Positions 7,438 to 16,255 of a DNA stretch of 64,000 bases are shown one piece after another. The notes under the pieces are model-generated. The model did no database searches, was not told where the DNA came from, and saw only the letters and a list, made by a program, of their open reading frames with translations. Each line of letters begins with the position of its first letter. The stretch's first letter is position 1. The translations under genes and the position numbers were made by a program. This stretch comes from Thermoguttaceae bacterium (GTDB taxonomy: Bacteria; Planctomycetota; Planctomycetia; Pirellulales; Thermoguttaceae): assembly GCA_017441605.1 (NCBI GenBank), contig JAFRXD010000002.1, forward strand, positions 25,674 through 89,673, given 5' to 3'.

Positions 7438-9534
7438 ATGGCAACGACGACGGACTTTTTTCAGAGGCAGGACAAGGCGCGTTGGAACACGACGCTGTTG
7501 GTCGTTTTGTTCGTCGCGGGGCTTCTTTGCGTCGCGGGGTTAATTCATCTTCTCGTTCTCCTTTTCGTGTCGGGCGGAGACCCGGACGAATTCCAGTACA
7601 ACTTTTGGAATTGGGAATTAATCGGACTCGATTTCCTCGGGGTTAGCGCTTTCGTTCTCTTCGTGGCGCTGATCAAGACCGGGTCGTTGAAAAGCGAGGG
7701 ACCGGACGGAATCGCGAAGTCGCTTGGGGGCAAATTGGTGCCGCGGGGAGCGACGGCGGCTTACGAGCGGCGCTTGTACAACGTCGTCGAAGAAATAGCG
7801 ATCGCGGCGGGATGTCCGATACCAAACGTTTATTTACTGGAGAACGAACCGGGGATAAACGCGTGCGCGATTGGCACGAGTCCCGAAAACGCGGCGGTGT
7901 GCGTTACCAGAGGCGCGATGGACTATTTAACGCGCGACGAACTTCAAGGGGTTATCGCTCACGAGTTTAGCCATATTGTTAATAACGACGTTAGCATTAA
8001 TCTTAAGCTCATAGGATATCTTTTCGGTCTCGAAGTCATCGCGATCGTCGCTTACTATGTGTTTAACATAACGTTGCGAGCGACGCCTCGTCGGAGAAGT
8101 TCTAAAGACAGTTCCGGCGGGATTATCTTGGCGATTTTATTGGCGAGCGGGGCTCTTTTTATCATAGGGTACGTCGGAGTCTTTTTTGGCAACATATTGC
8201 GCGCGGCTATATCGAGGCAGCGAGAGTATTTGGCGGACGCGTCCGCAGTTCAGTTTACGCGCAACCCTTCGGGAATCGCCGGGGCTTTGATTAAGATAGG
8301 CTGCCCCAATCTGGGTTCGAAAATCGAGAACGACAAGTCGACGCAGGCTTCGCACTTGTTTTTCAGTAGCGTATTTGGGGCGGGGTTCTTTCAGACCCTT
8401 TTTCAGACCCACCCGCCTCTCGTCAAACGTATCCAAGCGATCGATCCGTCGTTCGACGGGATCTTTCCAACTTACGTTCCGAAGAACAATTGGGCTCAAA
8501 TCGTCGAGGGGCAAACGGGCGGGACCGCGAAGCCGAATTTGCCTCCGGGGTTGCGCGGGGGCGCCTTGGGGGCGCTCGGCGGACAAGGCAAGCTCGATCC
8601 TCGCGCTTCCGGTTTTGCGTCGTCGTCCTCCCCTTCGACGACAAGCGCGGGATCGGTCGCGCCGGTCGTTCCCTCATCGCCCGGCGGCTCTTCGTTAGGT
8701 TTTTCGCGCGACCAGCTTTACGGCGCGTCTTTTGGTCTCTCCGGACAAGGAGGCGGCTCGAAAAAACTTAAAGTCGTCGCTTCCGTTTTGGAGGAAGTTC
8801 CGAAAGAGGTCGACGCGCTTTTGTCGGACCCATTGACGGCTCGCGCGGCGTTTTACGCCGTCCTTTTGGGAGATCAAGCGAGCGAGCGCCAAGCGCAATA
8901 CGAGATATTGCGCGAGTTGGAGACTCCCGAGTTGAACATACGTCTCGCGGAGATCAAAAGTTCGATCGGAAAGCTCAACGACTCGACGCGTTTGATCGTC
9001 GCCAGAAAAGCGACGCCTCTTTTGAAGACGTCGAGTTTGGAGGAGTACAAACGATTTAGAACGGCGGTTCTGAAATTGTGCCAGACGGACGGGGCGTTGG
9101 ATCTTCTCGAGTACGCGCTTCAAGCCTCGTCGATTCGGGAGTTGGATCTTTTCTTCCGCCTATCGCGGGAACCGAAAATTCGCTATTCGAATTTCGAGTC
9201 GGCGTCGGCGCATATTTCAATCGTATTGTCCTATCTGGCTCACAAGGGGGCGCTCCATCCCGGGGACGAAGTTTCGGCGTTTAAGGCGGGGACGAGTTCG
9301 ATTGGCGCGTCGCTTACGTTGTCGCCGCGTCCGAGTCTTTCGTTGGCGGCGTTTAGCCGCGCGTTGAACGAATTGTCGGCGGCTTCCCCTCTTGTGAAAA
9401 AGGCTTGCCTTCAGGCGTGTTGGCAATGCGTCGCGAACGACGGGGTCATCATCGAGAAGGAGGCGGCGCTGTTTAGCGCGATAACGGCGGCGCTCGGGGC
9501 TCCGGCTCCGATATGGCGGGATTGGAGCGCTTGA
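7438..9534 (+). CDS. M48 family zinc metallopeptidase (HtpX-like) with long C-terminal extension
   Basis: 698-aa ORF. HEFSH (HExxH) plus downstream QREYLADASAV glutamate motif, with flanking TM helices. The C-terminal ~350 aa comprise a Ser/Gly-rich linker and a helical domain. Confidence 0.85.
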   Translation: MATTTDFFQRQDKARWNTTLLVVLFVAGLLCVAGLIHLLVLLFVSGGDPDEFQYNFWNWELIGLDFLGVSAFVLFVALIKTGSLKSEGPDGIAKSLGGKLVPRGATAAYERRLYNVVEEIAIAAGCPIPNVYLLENEPGINACAIGTSPENAAVCVTRGAMDYLTRDELQGVIAHEFSHIVNNDVSINLKLIGYLFGLEVIAIVAYYVFNITLRATPRRRSSKDSSGGIILAILLASGALFIIGYVGVFFGNILRAAISRQREYLADASAVQFTRNPSGIAGALIKIGCPNLGSKIENDKSTQASHLFFSSVFGAGFFQTLFQTHPPLVKRIQAIDPSFDGIFPTYVPKNNWAQIVEGQTGGTAKPNLPPGLRGGALGALGGQGKLDPRASGFASSSSPSTTSAGSVAPVVPSSPGGSSLGFSRDQLYGASFGLSGQGGGSKKLKVVASVLEEVPKEVDALLSDPLTARAAFYAVLLGDQASERQAQYEILRELETPELNIRLAEIKSSIGKLNDSTRLIVARKATPLLKTSSLEEYKRFRTAVLKLCQTDGALDLLEYALQASSIRELDLFFRLSREPKIRYSNFESASAHISIVLSYLAHKGALHPGDEVSAFKAGTSSIGASLTLSPRPSLSLAAFSRALNELSAASPLVKKACLQACWQCVANDGVIIEKEAALFSAITAALGAPAPIWRDWSA

Positions 9535-9624
9535 TATTGATTTTTTTTTCGTAGGGAATCGAAACCGTCAAACGTGTTTCTTTCCAAGTCATTTTTGAAC
9601 GCGCTTTTTTGGAGATCGTTTTTA

Positions 9625-10578
9625 ATGGACCGCAGAGCATTTTTGTCGTTGGGACTCGCCGCGCCGTTCGCGCTGAAAGCGGGCGCCGCGAAAGCCGAAA
9701 TTGGAGTCGACTACACCGCCGAGGATCCTTCGATTACCGCCTCGTACGCGAAGGATCCCAATAACCCCGAAATGGTTCTTTGGCAATTGCCGGACGTGGG
9801 AACGCCGCAAAAGATGGCGTACGTAATGAGGACGCGCGAGGGGAAAACGGTCGTGTTCGACGGCGGTTTCGAGAAGGACATCCCCTATCTGATCGATTTG
9901 ATCAAGACGGAATGCGGCGGTAGGGTCGACGCTTGGTTTTTGACCCACGCGCACGGGGATCACTGCATGGCGATTTCCGAGTACGCGAAGAATCATCAAG
10001 GCGAACTCGATATCGAGACGCTTTACTACAATTTCCCGTCGCAGGAATGGCTCGACGAGACGGAGAAGGGCAGCGTTAAAGAAACTGCCGGCATTCTCGA
10101 GGGACTCGCCTTGTACAAGGGGGCGACTCGGGCTCCGGAGGTGAACGAAGTATTCGATTTCGGTTCGCTGAAGATTAAGTGCCTCAACGATTACGACGAA
10201 AAGTTGACGATGAATTCGATCAATAATTCGTCAATTTGTTTCCGCCTCGACGTCGCCGAGAAATCGATTCTGATTCTGGGCGATCTTGGCGTCGAAGGAG
10301 GGGATCGACTCGTCGAGATGCAAGGGCCCGAGGTTCTCAAGTGCGATTTTTGCCAGATGGCGCACCATGGCCAGAACGGCGTTAGAAAAGAATTTTACGA
10401 AATCGTGAAACCGTCCGTATGTCTTTGGCCGACTCCGCGTTGGCTGTGGCACGTCGATTCCGGCAAGGGATACGGCTCCGGTCCTTGGGCGACGTTGAAG
10501 ACGCGCGCTTGGATGGACGAACTCGAGGCGGAAACGCATTTCGTGATGAAGGACGGTCTCATCAAGATCTTGTTCTAA
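9625..10578 (+). CDS. MBL-fold metallo-hydrolase, Tat-exported
   Basis: THAHGDHCMA (HxHxDH) motif. N-terminus MDRRAFLSLGLAAPFALKAGAAKA is a twin-arginine signal. I chose the ATG at 9625 with ggaga upstream; the ORF is open from 9574. Confidence 0.8.
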   Translation: MDRRAFLSLGLAAPFALKAGAAKAEIGVDYTAEDPSITASYAKDPNNPEMVLWQLPDVGTPQKMAYVMRTREGKTVVFDGGFEKDIPYLIDLIKTECGGRVDAWFLTHAHGDHCMAISEYAKNHQGELDIETLYYNFPSQEWLDETEKGSVKETAGILEGLALYKGATRAPEVNEVFDFGSLKIKCLNDYDEKLTMNSINNSSICFRLDVAEKSILILGDLGVEGGDRLVEMQGPEVLKCDFCQMAHHGQNGVRKEFYEIVKPSVCLWPTPRWLWHVDSGKGYGSGPWATLKTRAWMDELEAETHFVMKDGLIKILF

Positions 10579-10744
10579 ATAATTCGTTTCAAGATAGAGA
10601 TACGCGAAAGGTCGCTCGATCGTCTTTTTTCGGCGCGTCGAGCGGCGCGTTTTCCGAGTCGTTCTCGTTGGAGCGCGTTCTTTAACGAGGTTGACGGAGA
10701 GCGGTTTTACAGGGATCTCACGAAAGAAGAGCGCGAGAAGAACG

Positions 10745-12736
10745 ATGGACGAGCAGAACTTCGGCGCGGATCCTTCGCGCGAGTCGTTACTTGGACGAAC
10801 GCTGGGAGATTATCGCATCGAGCACCGAATAGGCGGCGGAGCGACCTCCGACGTTTTTCTCGCGACGCAAATATCGTTGGGGCGTCGAGTCGCTTTGAAG
10901 ATACTGAAGGACGAATTGAACGCCGACGAAAAATACGCGCGTCGCTTTTTGCAGGAAGCGCGCGCCGCGGCTCGTTTAGAACATCCGAACATAGCGCGAG
11001 TGTACGAGGTTGGCGAGCTGGTCGACGAGCCCCGGGGGAAATTCTTTTGGCGCTCCAGAGCTCGCTCCCGAAAGACGTATCGTTTTATCGCGCAGGAGTA
11101 CGTTGGCGGGACGAGTTTGGCGCAATATCTTCGCCTTCGCGGCGCGGCGACCATAATGCAGACGTTTTCGGCGATCGAGCAAATCGCGTTGGCGCTGAAG
11201 CGGGCTTCGAGTCAGAATATCGTGCATAGGGACGTCAAGCCGGAGAACGTGCTGATCGATCCCGAGGGCGTTCTAAAGGTCGTCGATTTTGGTTTGGCGC
11301 GGTCGATCGATTCCGACGACACAACCCTCGCGGCAACGGCTCTCACTCGCGCCGGCGTGGCGCTTGGCACTCCGCTGTATATGAGTCCGGAACAAGCCCG
11401 CGGAGGAAAATTGGACGCGCGCAGCGATTTCTATTCTCTCGGCGTAACGGCTTATCGAATGCTCGCGGGTAAAGCGCCCTTTTACGCGGAAACGCCGCTA
11501 GCGGTGGTTTTGAAGCACATAAACGAGCCCCCGCGCCCAATCTCCGAATTACGCCCGGACGTGCCCGAGGGATTGGCAAAATTGATTCATCGCGCGCTTG
11601 AAAAAGACCCCGACGCTCGCCCCGGTTCAGCGGACGAATTGCTCGAGGAACTTCGGACGGCGCGTCGGGAATACGTCGCGGCGTTGCGCTCCTCCGAGAA
11701 CGAGGGCGAGTTTTTTACAGACGGAAAAAAAGACGCAGAGAACAAGTTTTCGAGCGAGGAATTGGAGAAATCGGGCGCGAGCGCGCCCCTCTATTTGGAG
11801 CGAGAAGAAGTAGGTTTTTTTCAGAGCCCCGAAGAACGTCTTCATTTCGAGAGCGACTTACGAACGACGAATTTGTCGCGGGAGTGGCGCGCGAGCGCCG
11901 CCAAATTGGAAGAAGCGCGTCGCCGCGGAAGGCTCGATCATTGGCGCCCAAGTGGAATCGCGTTGGCGCTAGGGCTCTTCTTATCTTTCGGTCTCGGCGG
12001 AGTCGTTTTGGGACTAAGGAATCGCGCGATCGCTTCGTTGGATCGGGAACCTCCGGTCGCGACGCCGCGATGCGACGACCCGGAAGAGCAATTTGTTTGC
12101 GCGCTTCAAACGAATACGGCGGGGGCTTGGAAAAGCGCGCTCGAGTATTTTCCAGAGGATTCGTTCTGGACGCCTCGTTTCGAACGGCAGTACGCTTACG
12201 CGCTCGTAGAGGAATTTAACGTTGAAGAAGCGGAGAAGGCGTTTAAGACAATATCCGGGAAAGGAGCGCTCGACGCAAAGGATCCCTATCCTGAAATAGG
12301 CGCGGCTTGGGTTTTAGCGAGTCGAGGGGAGTTTGAATCGGCTTCCGCATTGTTGAGCGGACTTGACGGCTCGAAAGGGGTCGACGGTCTTTGTCGTGGT
12401 GTACTGGACAAGACGCGTCGGCTTATTGCGGAGAAATGCGGGTGGAATTCCGCGTATTTGAAGCCTTTTAATCGCTTTGCGTTTCCGAACGGTCGGGGAA
12501 CGCCCTCGCCCAATGGCGCTTTTCCCAAAGAAGGGGAAAATCCCAATCGTCCATTTGGCGCTCCAAAACCGAACGATCGCCGGGCGCCGAACGAGGGAAA
12601 TAGGAGCGTTTTTTTTGAGCGTTTTGACGACAAGGCGGACAGTGGTTCCGATGGAGGCATGAAAGCATCGGCCCCGAGGGAGCGAGTCGACGCCGTTCCG
12701 ATAGCAATTTGTCGGCGTCGAGTTTCAATCGTTTAG
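10745..12736 (+). CDS. Serine/threonine protein kinase with TM helix and C-terminal extracytoplasmic domain
   Basis: Hanks kinase motifs GGGATSDV, VALK, HRDVKPENVLID, DFGLAR, GTPLYMSPEQ. TM segment IALALGLFLSFGLGGVVLGL. I chose the ATG at 10745 (MDEQNF). Confidence 0.85.
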   Translation: MDEQNFGADPSRESLLGRTLGDYRIEHRIGGGATSDVFLATQISLGRRVALKILKDELNADEKYARRFLQEARAAARLEHPNIARVYEVGELVDEPRGKFFWRSRARSRKTYRFIAQEYVGGTSLAQYLRLRGAATIMQTFSAIEQIALALKRASSQNIVHRDVKPENVLIDPEGVLKVVDFGLARSIDSDDTTLAATALTRAGVALGTPLYMSPEQARGGKLDARSDFYSLGVTAYRMLAGKAPFYAETPLAVVLKHINEPPRPISELRPDVPEGLAKLIHRALEKDPDARPGSADELLEELRTARREYVAALRSSENEGEFFTDGKKDAENKFSSEELEKSGASAPLYLEREEVGFFQSPEERLHFESDLRTTNLSREWRASAAKLEEARRRGRLDHWRPSGIALALGLFLSFGLGGVVLGLRNRAIASLDREPPVATPRCDDPEEQFVCALQTNTAGAWKSALEYFPEDSFWTPRFERQYAYALVEEFNVEEAEKAFKTISGKGALDAKDPYPEIGAAWVLASRGEFESASALLSGLDGSKGVDGLCRGVLDKTRRLIAEKCGWNSAYLKPFNRFAFPNGRGTPSPNGAFPKEGENPNRPFGAPKPNDRRAPNEGNRSVFFERFDDKADSGSDGGMKASAPRERVDAVPIAICRRRVSIV

Positions 12737-12799
12737 AAGTTTTTTAGAGAAACGCAATCGTTTTGCTAGGTTAGATCGAATCGTAGGAGCGACGAGTTA

Positions 12800-13270
12800 A
12801 TGAGCGAGGAACCAGAAGTTGCGTTGTTCACGGACGGGGCGTGCAGCGGCAATCCCGGTCCCGGCGGTTGGGCGTTCGTAATGCGGCATCTCGCGACGGG
12901 TAAGGAGTTGGAACGCTCCGGCGGGGAACCGGAGACGACGAATAATCGCATGGAATTGCGAGCGGTCGTCGAGGGCTTGAGCGCGTTGAAACGTCCCGTA
13001 TCGGTGAAGATCGTTAGCGACAGCGCTTACGTTCTGAACGGACTTTCTTCCTGGATTAAGTCTTGGAAGAAAAACGATTGGAAACGTCGCGACGGCGCGA
13101 AGTGGGTCGAAGTGAAAAACGTGGATTTGTGGAAGCGATTGGACGAGCTGGTTTCGGAGCACGAGGTCGAGTTTTCCAAGATCAAAGGTCATTCCGGACA
13201 TCCCGAAAACGAGCGCTGCGACGAGTTGGCGGTAACCGAGTGGCGCAAGATCAAGCAAAACCGCGACTAG
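12800..13270 (+). CDS. rnhA: Ribonuclease HI
   Basis: 156 aa. FTDGACSGNPGPGGWAFV, TTNNRMELRAV, SDSAYV and KGHSGHPENERCDELA are classic RNase HI motifs. Confidence 0.92.
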   Translation: MSEEPEVALFTDGACSGNPGPGGWAFVMRHLATGKELERSGGEPETTNNRMELRAVVEGLSALKRPVSVKIVSDSAYVLNGLSSWIKSWKKNDWKRRDGAKWVEVKNVDLWKRLDELVSEHEVEFSKIKGHSGHPENERCDELAVTEWRKIKQNRD

Positions 13271-13320
13271 AACGGGAGGCGCGATCTTTTTAGAGAAGGT
13301 CGCGCGAGACGCGAGAGTTT

Positions 13321-14172
13321 ATGACGTCGATTTTTTTAGAACAAGCGAAACGGGCCGCTCTTGAAGCCGGAGCGATTTTGAAAGACAAGTTGGGCAAAGT
13401 TGGTTTTCGGGAGAAGAGCCCCGCCGACTTGGTAACCGAGGCGGACGTGGCGGCGCAACGCCGCGTTGAGGAAACGCTCTTGGGGGCTTTTCCAGACCAC
13501 TATTTTTTAGGCGAGGAAACCCAGGGCAAAACGCCATCCTTCGGGGCGCTTTCCGAGAGTTCGGTCGCGTCTTCTCGAATGCTTTCCGAGAGTCAATGCG
13601 GTAGCAAAGCCCCGGAGGGGGCTCCTTTTACTTGGATTGTCGACCCATTGGACGGCACGACGAATTTTGTTCACGGGGTTCCTTTCTTTTGCGTATCGAT
13701 CGCGCTGGCGCGCGGAAACGACTTGCTTTGCGCCGTTATTTTTGATCCGAACAACGGGGAACTCTTTACCGCCAAGCGCGGAAGCGGAGCGTTTTTGAAC
13801 GGTTCGCGCATTCGGACGAGCGGGACCCAGCGCCCGAGGTCGGCGTTGACGGCAATTTCTTTTCCAACAAGAACAAGGGACGATTCGCCGGATTATCTCG
13901 CTTTTAAAAGGTGCGTAACGGTGTGCCAATCGATGCGTCGCACAGGTTCCACCGCGCTTAATCTCGCGTACGTCGCTTGCGGACGATTTGATTGCAATAT
14001 ATGCCAGTGCGCGCATCCTTGGGACGTGGCGGCCGGGGTTCTCTTAATACTCGAAGCGGGAGGTTTGGCGACTCACACTAACGGACGTCCTTTCGATTTG
14101 GCGGCGCAACCGTTGTTGGCGACGGGCAATTCCGATCTTCACAGGAACTTCCTAACCCTATTGAACGAGTGA
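13321..14172 (+). CDS. Inositol monophosphatase family protein (SuhB-like)
   Basis: 283 aa. FLGEE and WIVDPLDGTTNFVHG metal-binding motifs, plus the WD..AG motif near the C-terminus. Confidence 0.88.
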   Translation: MTSIFLEQAKRAALEAGAILKDKLGKVGFREKSPADLVTEADVAAQRRVEETLLGAFPDHYFLGEETQGKTPSFGALSESSVASSRMLSESQCGSKAPEGAPFTWIVDPLDGTTNFVHGVPFFCVSIALARGNDLLCAVIFDPNNGELFTAKRGSGAFLNGSRIRTSGTQRPRSALTAISFPTRTRDDSPDYLAFKRCVTVCQSMRRTGSTALNLAYVACGRFDCNICQCAHPWDVAAGVLLILEAGGLATHTNGRPFDLAAQPLLATGNSDLHRNFLTLLNE

Positions 14173-14181
14173 TCTAAACGT

Positions 14182-14213
14182 TTCGAGCTCGATTACGACG
14201 GGCTCGAATTTTT
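14182..14213 (+). terminator. Rho-independent terminator after the IMPase gene
   Basis: 7-bp stem ttcgagc/gctcgaa followed by ttttt. Confidence 0.6.
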
Positions 14214-14221
14214 GTCAGTTG

Positions 14222-14254
14222 ATTGTAAACTAAAAACTAAAATTAGTTGACAAT
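14222..14254. promoter_or_regulatory. Candidate BirA-type biotin operator upstream of bioD-bioA
   Basis: Imperfect palindrome ATTGTAAAC-N15-GTTGACAAT, 27 nt upstream of the bioD ATG in an AT-rich spacer. It resembles the TGTAAAC-N15/16-GTTTACA BirA site pattern as I remember it. Confidence 0.45.
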
Positions 14255-14280
14255 TGTTAATCATTTAAACGCTAGGCTCG

Positions 14281-14964
14281 ATGAAGAAACTTTTTATGAT
14301 CGGAACCGGAACGGACGTTGGGAAAACGTTCGTTTCGGGATTAATTGTGAAAAAAATGGCGAAAGCGGGTTTAAAGGTCGGATACTTTAAGATCGCCGCT
14401 AGTGGAAATATACGAGACGTCGACGGCTGTTTGAGACCGGTCGACGCGCTATGGATAAAAAACGCGTCCGGAATCGATCAGTCATTGGAATCGGCTTGTC
14501 CTTATGTTTACGAGGCCGCCGTTTCTCCCCACCTAGCTTCGCGTTTGGAGGGAAATCCGGTGGAAATAGGGGTTGTTCGAGAGCGCTTCGAGGCGTTAAG
14601 TCGCTCTTTCGACTATACGGTAATTGAAGGTTGCGGGGGAATCGTCTGTCCCCTTCGGATCGACGGCGAAACGATCCTTTTGGAGGACGCGATTCGGGAA
14701 TTGGATTCCCCGTGTCTACTAGTCGCCGGTTCGGGATTGGGGACGATTAACGAAGTCGTTCTCACCGTCGAATACGCTAGGATCAAAAAGATTCCGCTTA
14801 GAGGAATAATTTTCAATAGATTTCGTCGCGGCAACGCGCTATGCGAAGACAACGCTCGCGTTTGCGAGCTGTTAACGGGTCAAAAGGTCGCGGCTCGCGT
14901 TCGCGAAGGCGCATTGGATCTCGACCTCGATTTGTCGACGTTAATTGATTTGTTTTCCGATTAA
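14281..14964 (+). CDS. bioD: Dethiobiotin synthase
   Basis: 227 aa. N-terminal GTGTDVGKT P-loop and the overall BioD pattern. Adjacent to bioA. Confidence 0.88.
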   Translation: MKKLFMIGTGTDVGKTFVSGLIVKKMAKAGLKVGYFKIAASGNIRDVDGCLRPVDALWIKNASGIDQSLESACPYVYEAAVSPHLASRLEGNPVEIGVVRERFEALSRSFDYTVIEGCGGIVCPLRIDGETILLEDAIRELDSPCLLVAGSGLGTINEVVLTVEYARIKKIPLRGIIFNRFRRGNALCEDNARVCELLTGQKVAARVREGALDLDLDLSTLIDLFSD

Positions 14965-14978
14965 ACGAGGGAAAGAAT

Positions 14979-16181
14979 ATGATTTGGCGACCATATCAGC
15001 AGATGAAGAAAATGCCCTCGCCCGTCGAAATAGAGGACGCGGAGGGAGTTTACCTCTATACGAAAGACGGAAGGAGATTAATCGATTCGATATCCTCTTG
15101 GTGGGCGGTAATTCACGGTTATAAACATCCGACGCTAACGTCCGCGATCGTTGAACAGGCAAAACGGTTTTCTCACGTAATGTTGGCGGGGACGAGCCAT
15201 CGACCGGTCGAATTATTGTCGTCGAAATTGGAATCCTTTTTACCTAAGGATCTAAATTACTGTTTTTTCAGCGATTCCGGTAGCGTCGCGGTTGAAGTTG
15301 CTCTGAAGATGGCGCTCCAATATTGCGTTAATTTAGGGCGCGCGAATAGGAGAAAAATCCTCTCGTTGAAAAACGGCTATCACGGGGACACGTTCGCGGC
15401 GATGGAGGCGAGCGACTTTGCCGAATACCACTATATATTGGACGCGCGCGGGGAAACGCGACGCGGCGTCGCGATACCCGCGGAGACGGACGCGCTGGAA
15501 GAAGCCTTCGACCGAAACGGGGACGAGTTTAACTGCCTTATCGTCGAACCGCTTTTGCAATGCGCCGGAGGAATGAGAACTTACGATTTGGCGTTTCTCT
15601 CTCGCGCGCGCGAGCTGTGCGATCAATACGACGTTCCTCTGATCTTTGACGAGGTGGCGACCGGTTTTGGACGGACGGGAAATCGGTTTGTCTCCGATCT
15701 TGTTCAACCGGATGTTCTTTGTTTAGGGAAAGCGTTATCGGGCGGATATATAGGAGGAGCCGCGACGATAGCCAACGAGAAGATATTTGGGGCTTTTTAC
15801 GACGACGATCCGCGGAAGGCGCTCATGCACGGCCCGACCTTTATGGGGAATCCTCTCTTTTGCGCGGCGTCGCTCGCGTCGATTTCCCTATTTGAAAGCG
15901 AAAATTATTTGGAGAAAATCGCAAATATTGAAAGAATAACGAGACGAGAAATCGGGGATTTTCAAGACGATCGAGTTCGCGAAACGAGGATATTGGGGGG
16001 CGTGGTTTGTCTTGAGACGCGGGACGCCTCGGTTCTCGACGGTTATCGGGAATTCGCGCTCGATCGCGGCGTTTTCGCGCGACCTTTTCTAAATTATTTG
16101 TACGCGGCGGTTCCGTACGTTATTGAGGAAGAGGAACTGGTTCGCGTATTGGATTGTATGAAAGAATGGTTTTCGCGTTAG
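14979..16181 (+). CDS. bioA: Adenosylmethionine-8-amino-7-oxononanoate aminotransferase
   Basis: 400 aa. IWRPYQQM..., SSWWAVIHGYKHP, and FDEVATGFGRTG followed by LGKALSGGY (PLP-lysine region) are typical of BioA. Confidence 0.9.
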   Translation: MIWRPYQQMKKMPSPVEIEDAEGVYLYTKDGRRLIDSISSWWAVIHGYKHPTLTSAIVEQAKRFSHVMLAGTSHRPVELLSSKLESFLPKDLNYCFFSDSGSVAVEVALKMALQYCVNLGRANRRKILSLKNGYHGDTFAAMEASDFAEYHYILDARGETRRGVAIPAETDALEEAFDRNGDEFNCLIVEPLLQCAGGMRTYDLAFLSRARELCDQYDVPLIFDEVATGFGRTGNRFVSDLVQPDVLCLGKALSGGYIGGAATIANEKIFGAFYDDDPRKALMHGPTFMGNPLFCAASLASISLFESENYLEKIANIERITRREIGDFQDDRVRETRILGGVVCLETRDASVLDGYREFALDRGVFARPFLNYLYAAVPYVIEEEELVRVLDCMKEWFSR

Positions 16182-16189
16182 TTTCTTTC

Positions 16190-16227
16190 AAAAAAGCGCG
16201 GCGTCGAATAGGAGGTCGACGCCGCGC
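16190..16227 (-). terminator. Terminator hairpin between convergent bioA and DUF4091 genes
   Basis: 12-bp stem gcgcggcgtcga/tcgacgccgcgc with an 8-nt loop. A6 precedes it on the plus strand, which is a T-run for the minus-strand gene. Confidence 0.65.
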
Positions 16228-16255
16228 GGAACTATTCGTCTAAATGCCGGACGAT

